A stretch of 64,000 nucleotides of DNA from a virus (lineage: Duplodnaviria > Heunggongvirae > Uroviricota > Caudoviricetes), in IMG/VR virus record IMGVR_UViG_3300035210_000190; one strand, given 5' to 3'. This document shows, piece by piece, positions 10,457 through 19,991 of the stretch. The notes under the pieces were generated by a model. It ran no database searches, was not told where the DNA came from, and saw only the letters and a program-made list of their open reading frames with translations. Within the stretch, counting starts at the first letter, position 1. The number at the start of each line of letters is the position of its first letter. Position numbers and translations under genes: made by a program.

Positions 10457-10631
10457 TCTCACATCAAGACGAAACGGAGAAACACAATCTTGCAACAATG
10501 AACCAGCACTTCTTGCCAGTGGCTACTGTTAGGGTAAAGGTTTCGGCCTCCTGATATAACTTGTGAGTATGGATAACTACTCGGTGCGGATACAAATAGA
10601 GTAGGCCAATATGATATTATGCAACACCCAT

Positions 10632-10708
10632 GTCTGCGTAGCTCAGTTGGATAGAGCATCCGCCTTCTAAGCGGATGGTCGTTGGTTCGAATCCAACCGT
10701 AGACACCA
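10632..10708 (+). tRNA. tRNA-Arg(UCU)
   Basis: Cloverleaf; anticodon arm tccgc-ctTCTaa-gcgga; GGTTCGAATCC; encoded CCA. Confidence 0.95.
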
Positions 10709-10736
10709 ACTTTTCAAACAACATCCTCGGTGAACT

Positions 10737-11141
10737 ATGTCACTCTCAGCAGAAAAAACGAAAATTCTTCTTACTTTGGTCAATCAAAGCGTTGGTCGTT
10801 TGGCGGCAGAACGTGACAAGTTGTATGCCATTATCCCATCAGATAAAGATTTTGAAGTGGTTGCTCAATCTTTCAACATTAAGTTTGCTGCTTGTATTAA
10901 AATCCAAAAAATGGCTGAGAAATCAATTGATGAAGCTGCCATTGAAGGGATGGAAACTGATCATTTTAATCTGATGATTAAGTTGATTAACACTGAAATT
11001 GACTCTTTGGATGATTCCATTGACAGTCTGATTGTTACTGATGCGACTCTTGCTGTTCCTACCAAAGCGGCTATTCGCAAACACATTGATGTATTGCGTG
11101 AACTCAGTCGAGATTTGCTGGGTATGTTCAGTTACTCTTGA
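10737..11141 (+). CDS. hypothetical helical protein
   Basis: 134 aa ORF between tRNAs. Confidence 0.75.
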   Translation: MSLSAEKTKILLTLVNQSVGRLAAERDKLYAIIPSDKDFEVVAQSFNIKFAACIKIQKMAEKSIDEAAIEGMETDHFNLMIKLINTEIDSLDDSIDSLIVTDATLAVPTKAAIRKHIDVLRELSRDLLGMFSYS

Positions 11142-11147
11142 TACAAT

Positions 11148-11231
11148 GCCCGAGTGGTGGAATGGTAGACGCGGGGGACTTAAAATCCCCTTCCGTAAGG
11201 AGTGCCGGTTCGAGTCCGGCCTCGGGCACCA
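11148..11231 (+). tRNA. tRNA-Leu(UAA)
   Basis: gggga-ctTAAaa-tcccc arm, long variable arm, GGTTCGAGTCC, CCA. Confidence 0.95.
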
Positions 11232-11264
11232 ACTTTAAAAAACTTTATTATTGGAGATTGTATT

Positions 11265-11600
11265 ATGATTTGTGAATACAACCGATTCTTAATTTTTGGG
11301 CTTTCGATGTTATTTGGAGCATTAATCATCGGAAAGCTTTTGTCACTTATCCCTAAAACTCCAAAGTTTGGTTTTAAACCTGTTGTCCGTACAACTCGCT
11401 GGGGCAGTCGTAATTCCTATTCTTGCGACCCTTATACAGTGATGGCTCCGCCGATTTGGCATGAGGCTATTTTCATTTTAGTGTGTCTTGCTGGTTTCTT
11501 GGGCTTTTTTATATTCATGACAGGTATGTCAGGAAAAGATGATTTGAATTATAATTGCCGACCTTCAGATATTGTTCAATTTCTTAAAGCATTAGCTTAA
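11265..11600 (+). CDS. membrane protein (2 TM)
   Basis: ggag RBS; two hydrophobic segments. Confidence 0.7.
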   Translation: MICEYNRFLIFGLSMLFGALIIGKLLSLIPKTPKFGFKPVVRTTRWGSRNSYSCDPYTVMAPPIWHEAIFILVCLAGFLGFFIFMTGMSGKDDLNYNCRPSDIVQFLKALA

Positions 11601-11615
11601 TTGGTAGGAGTCATT

Positions 11616-11939
11616 ATGAGTTCTTTATATAAGTTTGAAAACAAAGTCATTGATAAAACCAATAAAGATGAATTGCGTAGCTATTTGGCAAATGCAAAAA
11701 AAGAGTTGGTTAAACTGCGTACAGCTTGTGGTTTTGATGAGAGTGTTGTTATCATTGAAGACCGTTCGCTGGTCAAGGTTTCGTTGGTTTGCAATGCTTT
11801 CTCTCTGGCTGTTCGTCATGGTGAGCAATCTTATAAGACTACTATCAAGCTGTTTAAGAATGGTAGTGTGATTCAAGAAATCAGTTTAGCAAATCTTTAC
11901 AATCCAAAGCTTATTGATCAATTGAAGGCTTTGGTGTAA
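11616..11939 (+). CDS. hypothetical protein
   Basis: aggag RBS. Confidence 0.7.
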   Translation: MSSLYKFENKVIDKTNKDELRSYLANAKKELVKLRTACGFDESVVIIEDRSLVKVSLVCNAFSLAVRHGEQSYKTTIKLFKNGSVIQEISLANLYNPKLIDQLKALV

Positions 11940-12144
11940 TCGCTGTTTTAAAGTTTTAACTTGTTGAAAAGAGATGCTGTTGTATTGCTGAAGCGGTGGT
12001 AGAAGTGCTGACGATTATTCTGCTACACAACAATACGATATGTCAGAAAGTCAGTATAGCAAGTTGAATGTGTTGACAGGTTTCCAATGTGAGTGCGTTT
12101 AAATCTCAATCGCATAATGTGTAGTTACTGTCAACACAACCTAT

Positions 12145-12229
12145 GCCCGAGTGGTGAAATGGTAGACACGGAAGACTTAAAATCTTCTTCTCTTCGAGAG
12201 TGCCGGTTCGAGTCCGGCCTCGGGCACCA
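12145..12229 (+). tRNA. tRNA-Leu(UAA), second copy
   Basis: gaaga-ctTAAaa-tcttc arm, variable arm, GGTTCGAGTCC, CCA. Confidence 0.95.
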
Positions 12230-12301
12230 AATTTTAATATTTTTCTTCTCAACACGCTCATTTTGTGTTATAATCTTTCAAATTCTTGAGATTATATTAC
12301 C

Positions 12302-13036
12302 ATGTCTACTTATATAACATTAGCCAACCGATTGGTTACATTAATCAAGTCTTATGAAGACCCAGAGATTTCAAACGTGGCATTACATGTGGATCAGGTT
12401 CGTGGAAGCGGATGTAACGGTAGTATTTATATCAGGAATCGCAATTTTGAACGTAGCCACCAGCTTTTTGTATGTTCGAAGCCAATAAGCAGTGACTATT
12501 TGTTTTCATTGCGATCTTCGGCTGGTCTATATACCATATTCCGATTATTGGCTCAACCAGAAACGTTTAGTCCAAGCAATGATGATGAGGAATTTATTTC
12601 CAACCTTGTCTGGTTTAAGGTTATGATTCGCACTATCAAAGATCAGATCGGTCAAAATCTCTTTCATGAGTTGACGTATTCTATCCTAATTGATATGTCT
12701 ATTACAATGAAAGATAACAATGGCATTATTAAGTTTAATTTTTCAAAACATTCAAATGTTTTAAATAAAAACGTTCATTATAATATTTCTTTTGATCTTT
12801 CTTTTAATTTCATTGAAGTTAATTTTGATTCTAAAACTTATGTAGATAATTATCAGAAAGAAACGCTTGTTAAATTTAAATCAGAAAACCAATTGGCGGC
12901 TTTTTATACATTATTTTCTTACTATTGCCATCCATCAGTTCATCAAAGTCTTGATACTGTTATGAACGTAGCTATTGATTTGAACGATGATAATTTGCAC
13001 GCTTATGAACATATGGTCAACATGATAAAGATCTGA
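12302..13036 (+). CDS. hypothetical protein (C-terminal MxxPhi tag)
   Basis: Own promoter; ends VNMIKI. Confidence 0.8.
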   Translation: MSTYITLANRLVTLIKSYEDPEISNVALHVDQVRGSGCNGSIYIRNRNFERSHQLFVCSKPISSDYLFSLRSSAGLYTIFRLLAQPETFSPSNDDEEFISNLVWFKVMIRTIKDQIGQNLFHELTYSILIDMSITMKDNNGIIKFNFSKHSNVLNKNVHYNISFDLSFNFIEVNFDSKTYVDNYQKETLVKFKSENQLAAFYTLFSYYCHPSVHQSLDTVMNVAIDLNDDNLHAYEHMVNMIKI

Positions 13037-13038
13037 CT

Positions 13039-13407
13039 TTATTTCTTTTTCTTTGAGGTCAGTTGATAACTCCAATCAATCATTTCATAGAGTTCTGATT
13101 TAGGAAAGTCGTAATCTAATAGAACAGTCACCCAGTGTTTCTTATTCATGTGATAGGCAGCTATAATATGTTTTTGACTTCTAATTATACTGTTGAACTC
13201 AGGATTTCCTTTTAAATTTATAACGTCCATGTAGCCGTCTTCGTTAATGCCTAGTTTGCGTTTCTCTATGTTCATTACAACACCATACCATTTATTTGTT
13301 TGAGCGTTCCTCAATACGGCAACGTCTGGATGTTTGAGAAACATGTGTTCTGGATTGGTTTTGTATTTTTCCTTTACATAGTCAAAAATTTCTGCTCTCG
13401 TTATCAT
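13039..13407 (-). CDS. MmcQ/YjbR family DNA-binding protein
   Basis: KWYG, NLKGNPE, AYHMNKKHWVTV, IDWSYQLT motifs. Confidence 0.9.
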   Translation of the reverse strand: MITRAEIFDYVKEKYKTNPEHMFLKHPDVAVLRNAQTNKWYGVVMNIEKRKLGINEDGYMDVINLKGNPEFNSIIRSQKHIIAAYHMNKKHWVTVLLDYDFPKSELYEMIDWSYQLTSKKKK

Positions 13408-13533
13408 GGTAATCACCTTTTCTATTGTGTATTAGAAGATTTTTTTACTCAGTTGTCAATAATGGATGACTTCAGCCGTGATTTTTGGTATACTGCTCAC
13501 CTATTAAATACATTTCCATTTTGAGGATTTATC

Positions 13534-13782
13534 ATGAAAAAACTTGAACAGTTGGCATTGGAGCAGATCAAAAAAAATGCAAGCACTATTAATATGAGCC
13601 TTTATGAAGCAAAATCCAACTTGATTGACATCAAAAACACGTTGATGCATTGTGATCCCAACATGAGTAAAGAAGCTGTTGGCGAGCTGATTAAGGCTGC
13701 ACAAAAAGCATTGGCTGGTGTTGAGACTGCATGTTCTTCGGCAACACATATTACATCGTGGGCTGAAGGTCTTTCTGAATAA
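13534..13782 (+). CDS. hypothetical protein
   Basis: gagg RBS; terminator follows. Confidence 0.7.
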   Translation: MKKLEQLALEQIKKNASTINMSLYEAKSNLIDIKNTLMHCDPNMSKEAVGELIKAAQKALAGVETACSSATHITSWAEGLSE

Positions 13783-13879
13783 CGCTATTTGTGTTTCAAT
13801 GAACCGCCTACGGGCGGTTTTTTATTGTTAATTATGTTCAAATGTGATATACTCAGCGAAATTTTATGAGATTTAAACA

Positions 13880-14794
13880 ATGCCCATTATTTCGCTGGAA
13901 GAACTGAAGACAAAACCTGTGCCAATCACTTACGGCAAAGTTTTCAGCTATTCTTATTTTTTTGAAAACAAAACAATTACCATTGATATTGTCAATGAGC
14001 ATGAGTTCATGATTAATTTCATTTTTGAGGACGAAAAAGGTAAACGCAAATACAGTTATCTTGATAAGTCTTTTGCTAAAAGTGATTATTTGGAATCTTT
14101 TAAAAAGGGTAATTATCCGAAAAAACACTTTAATATCGATCATGGGTATATTCTTTATAACTGTATTTTTTCTTATCTTGATGAAGCAAGTCTGATCAAT
14201 GTTTTGGATGATTTTGGTTATTATTCAGAAGTCCCTTGCTCTAATGAGTATCAAAAAGCAGTTTTTGTCGATAATATATATTTTTTTGCAGCTTCAACTC
14301 ATAGGGATTCAAAGGAACGAAAATTCTCTATTTCAACTAAAACACATAATAATAGCACTTTTTATGATGATCAGTTAAGAATTGATTATATTGTCTCAGA
14401 AGACACAGTATATAAAACGATTGTCAAGACAGAAGAATCCTTATTTCCTTCAATTTTTAATCTTTTGCATTATTCTGAAAGGCTTAATTTTCATTGTGAT
14501 GTCAATATTTTTAATGATGACTTTACCTATTGTTTTTGGCCTAGTCATGAGTTTATCATGGTTAAATATTGTTCTGGTGAACTTAATATCAATAGCAAAA
14601 CTCGATTTTGTGAAGGTAATAAAACCAGAGATTATGATGAAATACAAAGAATTTTGACAATTTTGGTTTTTTACATGGTAAAAGATAAGCCAACTTCAGA
14701 GTTTAAGGCACTGTTCAAAGATATGTATGGTGATAATAAAATTAGTGACATGACAATAGATGAATTTAAATGCCTTGAAATGTATCAAATTTAA
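13880..14794 (+). CDS. hypothetical protein (C-terminal MxxPhi tag)
   Basis: 304 aa; ends LEMYQI. Confidence 0.8.
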   Translation: MPIISLEELKTKPVPITYGKVFSYSYFFENKTITIDIVNEHEFMINFIFEDEKGKRKYSYLDKSFAKSDYLESFKKGNYPKKHFNIDHGYILYNCIFSYLDEASLINVLDDFGYYSEVPCSNEYQKAVFVDNIYFFAASTHRDSKERKFSISTKTHNNSTFYDDQLRIDYIVSEDTVYKTIVKTEESLFPSIFNLLHYSERLNFHCDVNIFNDDFTYCFWPSHEFIMVKYCSGELNINSKTRFCEGNKTRDYDEIQRILTILVFYMVKDKPTSEFKALFKDMYGDNKISDMTIDEFKCLEMYQI

Positions 14795-14862
14795 CACTAG
14801 CTATTTTTAAGTTTTTACCGTATAATTGGTTTCTAATCTAAAATTCGGTTCAGGAGGTTCTT

Positions 14863-15141
14863 ATGTTTGGTTGTTGCAGTGCCATGACTGTGAAATACAT
14901 TGATGAGGACAAAACTCTTAGTGTTGAGAAGTTGAAGCAATTTTTTGGTGAAACCACTACGGTTTTTCAAGGCCCGAAAGGTTTGATGATTAAAATTCAA
15001 CAAAAAGTTGACCCCAACAATCTGACCGACAATGAAATGGAAATGGTCTTTGCTCGGCAAGATTTGCCTGAAAAGACAGAGCGAACCTATCCACTCTGTC
15101 TTTGCCCTTGCCATATGGTAGGCACAATGGTTGAGTGCTAA
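14863..15141 (+). CDS. small Cys-containing hypothetical protein
   Basis: aggagg RBS; CC and CxCxCH motifs, possibly metal-binding. Confidence 0.7.
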   Translation: MFGCCSAMTVKYIDEDKTLSVEKLKQFFGETTTVFQGPKGLMIKIQQKVDPNNLTDNEMEMVFARQDLPEKTERTYPLCLCPCHMVGTMVEC

Positions 15142-15240
15142 TCAAAAATGGTTAGAAAATAAGGAGCTTCGGCTCCTTTTTTATTGATTTTTTTAATTAT
15201 TTATGTTATAGTCTTGTTCAACTAACTATAAGGAATATTT

Positions 15241-15555
15241 ATGACTACAGTAGCTCAAACCATTGCAAAATTTCAAGCCAACTTCAATCCACAGGCCGCT
15301 GCAGGTATGGATTATATCTTCCAGTTCAATGTCACTGACGCTGAAACTCATTGTTTGACCATTAAAGATGGCACTTGTGTCGCTTCCCAAGGTGTCAATG
15401 AAGACGCGAACGTTACTTTTGTCACTGATACCGCCACCCTCGTTGCGATTTCAGATGGTTCTCTGGATGGCATGCAAGCATTCATGAGTGGTAAACTTCG
15501 TATTGAAGGCGATATGATGTTGGCATTGAAACTTAACGAACTGTTTTCTAAATAA
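15241..15555 (+). CDS. SCP2 sterol/lipid-binding domain protein
   Basis: FNPQAAAG...DGMQAFMSGKLRIEGDMMLALKL, as in pseudomonad SCP2 proteins. Confidence 0.9.
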   Translation: MTTVAQTIAKFQANFNPQAAAGMDYIFQFNVTDAETHCLTIKDGTCVASQGVNEDANVTFVTDTATLVAISDGSLDGMQAFMSGKLRIEGDMMLALKLNELFSK

Positions 15556-15564
15556 GAGGTCTTT

Positions 15565-15975
15565 ATGCCTATCTCCTTAGTTCATGTGGTTGAAATTCAG
15601 CATCAGCATATTACAGCCTTTACGATTCAACAGCTTACAACGGCTTTGATTGCTAATCAGATTAGAGCCGTTACGAAACCAATAAGCAATTCATTCTATG
15701 AAATGTATAATGGATTTGGTAGTTTAATGGGTCGAACTAATCAGGAAGCACACACAAAAGCACTAGCTTTTGGCGTCCAAGAAAATATTATTGTTGATGC
15801 AACTAAACATGGTTATTCGGTTCCATCTTTTGATATTACCGTTACGTTAGCTGGAAAAGTTGAGGTCTTTTTGAAGTTTTTGAACCTTGATGATGCTGAA
15901 AAAGCCTATGTTGAGTTGCTTACTGCATCTTCGCTTTCACAGCAAGCACAAGAAACATCCATTGGAGATAATTAA
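15565..15975 (+). CDS. hypothetical protein
   Basis: gagg RBS; operonic. Confidence 0.7.
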   Translation: MPISLVHVVEIQHQHITAFTIQQLTTALIANQIRAVTKPISNSFYEMYNGFGSLMGRTNQEAHTKALAFGVQENIIVDATKHGYSVPSFDITVTLAGKVEVFLKFLNLDDAEKAYVELLTASSLSQQAQETSIGDN

Positions 15976-15977
15976 TC

Positions 15978-16259
15978 ATGAAAAAAAGGCTACCACTTCA
16001 TTTAGCTGTTCATACAGGTCGAACACTTCCAACAGATAAAGAACTAGCGGCTTTAAAAGCTGGAAATCTTGTCAAAGTGAGTGTTGGCGAAAAAGGTCAC
16101 GGTAGCGAAGGTTTCTGGATCGAGATTGAAAGCGTTTCTGGTGACCGTCTTTCTGGTCGCGTTGATAATGATCTTGTTTATGGTCATTACCACGGATACG
16201 CCTGTGATCAAAATGTTGTTTTCTTTACACGAAACGTCTTGCAAATCTACTACGATTAA
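15978..16259 (+). CDS. DUF2314/YegJ-like small protein
   Basis: EGFWIEI...GRVDND motif. Confidence 0.5.
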   Translation: MKKRLPLHLAVHTGRTLPTDKELAALKAGNLVKVSVGEKGHGSEGFWIEIESVSGDRLSGRVDNDLVYGHYHGYACDQNVVFFTRNVLQIYYD

Positions 16260-16268
16260 GGAGGTATC

Positions 16269-16616
16269 ATGAGCCGTCATGCAAATACTTTTTATATTTT
16301 CGCCGTTGAACTTACACATCAACAAGCCATGCAAATTAAAGATGATTCATTGTATGGCATTGATGAAGACGACAATGATGTTTTTTTGTTTACGAATAAT
16401 CAGAACTTTCATCATGACGTTGGCATGGAATATGATAAAGATCCATCAGTCCCACATTTCATTGGTGTTGAGGTTGATTCAAAAGGCTCAATTATTCCCA
16501 AAATCAGTAATCGAAGTCCAGAAGTGGAAAGCTTTAATAAGTATGCAAGGCCACTGTTGACCAAATATCAAATTGCTGATCAGCCTGTTCTCCGGTTCAT
16601 TCAGCAAGTGTGTTAA
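16269..16616 (+). CDS. hypothetical protein
   Basis: aaggagg RBS. Confidence 0.75.
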   Translation: MSRHANTFYIFAVELTHQQAMQIKDDSLYGIDEDDNDVFLFTNNQNFHHDVGMEYDKDPSVPHFIGVEVDSKGSIIPKISNRSPEVESFNKYARPLLTKYQIADQPVLRFIQQVC

Positions 16617-16718
16617 TCACGCCGCCTTCGGGCGGTTTTTCTTTTTCATTTTTTGAAAAAACTTGATTAAAAATCAATTTAATGTTATTATCAAACAATA
16701 ATTATTGAGGAATTTTCC

Positions 16719-17066
16719 ATGAATGTTAATAAAATGACGCCGCAGTGGTTTGTTCAAGGTGATGTGCTTCGACTGAGTATTCATTATTGGAAACGTAACG
16801 AAACATCAGATGGTCATTCTGGTTGTTCGTCAAACTGGATGCGGAAAATGGAAGATGGTGACTTTACCACAGCTTACAATTGGATTGTAGATGCCGCCAA
16901 AGAACAATTTCATTTGCCGAATATGAAAAAAATTAAAGTTGAAAAAAAAGAAGCTCCGACTATCAAATTCATTTACCGAGATAATAGTGATAATACTATT
17001 GCTATTGTTGGCATTGTTTTTGTTTGTTTGCTTGTTGGTGCTGTGATTGGTTCTGTCTTTTTCTAA
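16719..17066 (+). CDS. membrane-anchored hypothetical protein
   Basis: C-terminal TM helix. Confidence 0.7.
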   Translation: MNVNKMTPQWFVQGDVLRLSIHYWKRNETSDGHSGCSSNWMRKMEDGDFTTAYNWIVDAAKEQFHLPNMKKIKVEKKEAPTIKFIYRDNSDNTIAIVGIVFVCLLVGAVIGSVFF

Positions 17067-17093
17067 AATAAAAAAAATATATACGGAGAACTT

Positions 17094-17507
17094 ATGCCAC
17101 ATATTGCCTTCGCTGCCGCTTATCTTGATCCAGAATCGAATGATTTGATTACTTCGCTTGGCTTTCAAAGAGAAGACTTTCATTTGACCACATGCATTGA
17201 CATGTCTGGTATTATTACTGAAATGCCTGTTTATGGATTTCAGCCAAAAACTGCAGTGGTTAAATCCGTCACTGAATGGCCTGTGCGGGGTGGTATATTC
17301 CTTGTTGCGGAGCTTGTTGAGTGTGACTGGAGTGCTTATATCAATAAAGTCTTGAAAGCTTATGGTGCTGTTGAGGATGTTCCACACAACCCACACATCA
17401 CGTTGCTAAAAACGAATGCAGAAGGAACCAGTCATCTTTATCAAAGTTTGGTTGGTGTTACCTTCAAGTTTAATCGTCATGTGATTAAACGAAAAGACAT
17501 TCCCTAA
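17094..17507 (+). CDS. 2H phosphoesterase, Acb1-like
   Basis: Two HxT motifs (FHLTT, PHITL) in 137 aa. Confidence 0.75.
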   Translation: MPHIAFAAAYLDPESNDLITSLGFQREDFHLTTCIDMSGIITEMPVYGFQPKTAVVKSVTEWPVRGGIFLVAELVECDWSAYINKVLKAYGAVEDVPHNPHITLLKTNAEGTSHLYQSLVGVTFKFNRHVIKRKDIP

Positions 17508-17537
17508 CCATTAAATAAATTTAGAGATTGTAATTAC

Positions 17538-17729
17538 ATGTTATTAAAAGAACATCCAGAAGATGACACTATTCTCCATCAACGAGTATGGAACAAAGCA
17601 AAAACTCAGCAAGGTACGGTTGTCATTTTTGATCCAGAAGATCGTTATCCTAGTATTGATATTCAATGGGATGATGGGAAATTGTCTCAGCGTTGTTTCA
17701 TGATGTGTCTCGAAATCGAGATGGTCTAA
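17538..17729 (+). CDS. small hypothetical protein
   Basis: GTVV..IDIQWDDG, SH3-like pattern. Confidence 0.6.
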   Translation: MLLKEHPEDDTILHQRVWNKAKTQQGTVVIFDPEDRYPSIDIQWDDGKLSQRCFMMCLEIEMV

Positions 17730-17761
17730 CCACTATTTTGTCAACTTAAAGGTAATTAACC

Positions 17762-18118
17762 ATGCTGCTTAAATCTGATGCTGACACTATTACTCATGAT
17801 GTCGATGAAGATGGTACAAAAATTGACTTCTATTTCAAGGATGGCTTCATGTTTATGGAAGTCTTTCATGATGTTCAACGTCATGAGTATTTCTATGGTA
17901 CTAGCCCATTCCGTATTCATAGTATGGCTATCGGTGACAGTGGCGTTACCTTTGTTAATGTAGTGGCTAACAACCGTGTTCTGGATGGTTTCTTTATCGG
18001 ACAACTAGTCCCACGGTATTTTCAGTTCAGTTACGATGAAATTGTGAATATCGAAAACACATTGACCAGTGAAGAATTGGCGTTGGTTATCAAAGTGGCC
18101 GAAAATATCAATTTTTGA
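17762..18118 (+). CDS. hypothetical protein
   Basis: aagg RBS. Confidence 0.7.
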   Translation: MLLKSDADTITHDVDEDGTKIDFYFKDGFMFMEVFHDVQRHEYFYGTSPFRIHSMAIGDSGVTFVNVVANNRVLDGFFIGQLVPRYFQFSYDEIVNIENTLTSEELALVIKVAENINF

Positions 18119-18209
18119 TTAAATTGGAAGCTATAATTCAGTTTAATCTTGTATAAAGCCCTTATTTTTGGTATAATAGGGCCATATTCATTTATAGGTA
18201 GGAATTATT

Positions 18210-18674
18210 ATGAGCGAGATTAAAGTAACTCAGGAAGGTTTGGAAAAGCTGATGAACCTTCAATATAAGTTTCATTCTTTGGAGGCTAAATTGGAACATA
18301 TGTCTCCACAAGTAAAAGCTGAGTTTGCTGAGCTTCAGGGTGCGGTTAAGTATCTCTTTAAAGCCCATCGAGAAGAAGAAGATAAGGCTTACAGTTTGAA
18401 ATCTGAGTTGCTGGACAAGATTCAGGAAGAACATGGATTCCAATCTGTTTGGTCTATGTCAGAAGTCTCTGATATGAATGCGGTATTTGGCTATGTCGAA
18501 GCTGTGGAATACGAAGGCAATACTGAAGTGGTTGGCACCGAAGTCACTTGGCTGCAACTTTGGGCTATTGCTGACCGTCTTATCAAACAATCTGGTGACT
18601 TTCACCATATCTTTGTTGAAAACTTCCATAAGAAAACTGGTGATATTGTTCACCGTCTTGTGACTGGTAGTTAA
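18210..18674 (+). CDS. hypothetical protein, tandem family B
   Basis: IxVTQ N-terminus and W.xLW motif shared with the next two ORFs. Confidence 0.8.
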   Translation: MSEIKVTQEGLEKLMNLQYKFHSLEAKLEHMSPQVKAEFAELQGAVKYLFKAHREEEDKAYSLKSELLDKIQEEHGFQSVWSMSEVSDMNAVFGYVEAVEYEGNTEVVGTEVTWLQLWAIADRLIKQSGDFHHIFVENFHKKTGDIVHRLVTGS

Positions 18675-18731
18675 TTTCTATTCATGACCACCTTATCCTC
18701 TCAAGGTGGTTAATTCATTAAGAGGTTTAAT

Positions 18732-19226
18732 ATGACTATTGAAGTGACACAAAAAAAACTTAAAGAACTTGAAGAAGCCAGTCAGGTTATTGATCGTATT
18801 CGTGAGCAAATTGTTTACATGAATGATAATGTTGTGAAGGATTTCGATGTTCTTGCTAAGGCAGTTACTACACTTTTTGACGAACACAAGCATAATCAAA
18901 AATTGGCTTTGATGAGTCGGAATACTAATTTTGACAATTTTCGTGAACAGCTTGCTTTGACAACATATCTTTCAATTCAAGATCTTGTATCTGTTGAATT
19001 TCCAGATCCAAAAGAACAATCAATGGATAAACCTTTCGGGTTTGTTCGAACTCTTAAAATCAATAATCATACCATGTATCTTGAGCGTAATTTAAATTGG
19101 GGAGAAATTTGGACTTGTTCCAACGATCTCCTTACGAACATGTTTCCAGATAAAATTGTTTGTATTAATGATATTAAACTTTCTTCTGATAAACAAGATT
19201 ACACTCTTATTGTCAGTCTTTTTTAA
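18732..19226 (+). CDS. hypothetical protein, tandem family B
   Basis: IEVTQKKL, NWGEIW. Confidence 0.8.
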   Translation: MTIEVTQKKLKELEEASQVIDRIREQIVYMNDNVVKDFDVLAKAVTTLFDEHKHNQKLALMSRNTNFDNFREQLALTTYLSIQDLVSVEFPDPKEQSMDKPFGFVRTLKINNHTMYLERNLNWGEIWTCSNDLLTNMFPDKIVCINDIKLSSDKQDYTLIVSLF

Positions 19227-19246
19227 ATAATTTGGTGGTAACCTAT

Positions 19247-19852
19247 ATGTCTAAAATAGAAATATCAAGAGAAAGCCTTAATAAGTTGATTGAGGCGAGT
19301 ATTGTATTGATCAATCTTCGTATTAAACTTGAGATTCCTGAGAATCCTGAGAATCCTGAGAATCCTGAGAATCCTGAGAATCCTGAGAATCCTGAGAATC
19401 CTGAGAATCCTGAGAATCCTGAGAATCCTGAGAATCCTGAGAATCCTGAGAATTCTATTCTGGCCGATTTAGAGTTCATTGCACAGTCTATTGATGGATT
19501 AATTAATGATCAGATCGTTCAACATCAATTAGAAGAAGAACAAATTATTGATTTTTTTATTAATAGAACATCTAGATTTAAAAATATACGCGAAGAGTAT
19601 AATTTAAAGTCTTATTGGAATTCAGAAGAACCATTGGATTTGAATGATGTATGCAGTGATGGATTTTTGAAAGCTATAACATTAAATGGACGAACTTTTA
19701 ATTTTACTTGCAGTCATCTTATGAGGTGGAGTACCTTATGGAATCAAATTGATTGCTTAATTAGAGAACATATTGATTCAAGTATTATTTACATTGATGA
19801 TGTTCAAGAAAAAGAAGAAGGTTACTTTGAAGTCAGAATTAGCTATCTTTAA
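19247..19852 (+). CDS. hypothetical protein, family B, with (PEN)13 insertion
   Basis: IEISRESL, RWSTLW; in-frame tandem repeat. Confidence 0.75.
   Translation: MSKIEISRESLNKLIEASIVLINLRIKLEIPENPENPENPENPENPENPENPENPENPENPENPENPENSILADLEFIAQSIDGLINDQIVQHQLEEEQIIDFFINRTSRFKNIREEYNLKSYWNSEEPLDLNDVCSDGFLKAITLNGRTFNFTCSHLMRWSTLWNQIDCLIREHIDSSIIYIDDVQEKEEGYFEVRISYL
19337..19453 (+). repeat. perfect 9-bp tandem repeat (cctgagaat)x13
   Basis: 117 bp read directly. Confidence 0.95.
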
Positions 19853-19991
19853 TTTTGAGATTATTTTCAAAAAGTGATTGACGAAATGATTTAATATTGA
19901 TATGATTACTGTATTAAAGCCCTCGGCGGGTTTCCTTATTGGAGTATGTTGATTTTTTGACATATAATGTAAAAATTACTGCTGAACATTT

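Noticed and set aside
12069-12138. TTGACA-based promoter or IS inverted repeats
   Set aside because: No -10 at the right spacing and no transposase or target duplication; better explained as an RNA stem.
10459-12317. ORFs 10459, 10675, 11032, 12093, the 5' extension of 11202, and also 19939
   Set aside because: They overlap tRNA genes or better-supported ORFs and lack RBSs.
19337-19453. CRISPR array (also considered for 48711-48830 and 20073-20162)
   Set aside because: The first two are head-to-tail repeats without spacers, in frame within ORFs. The 50-nt unit has only two copies and no cas genes are present.
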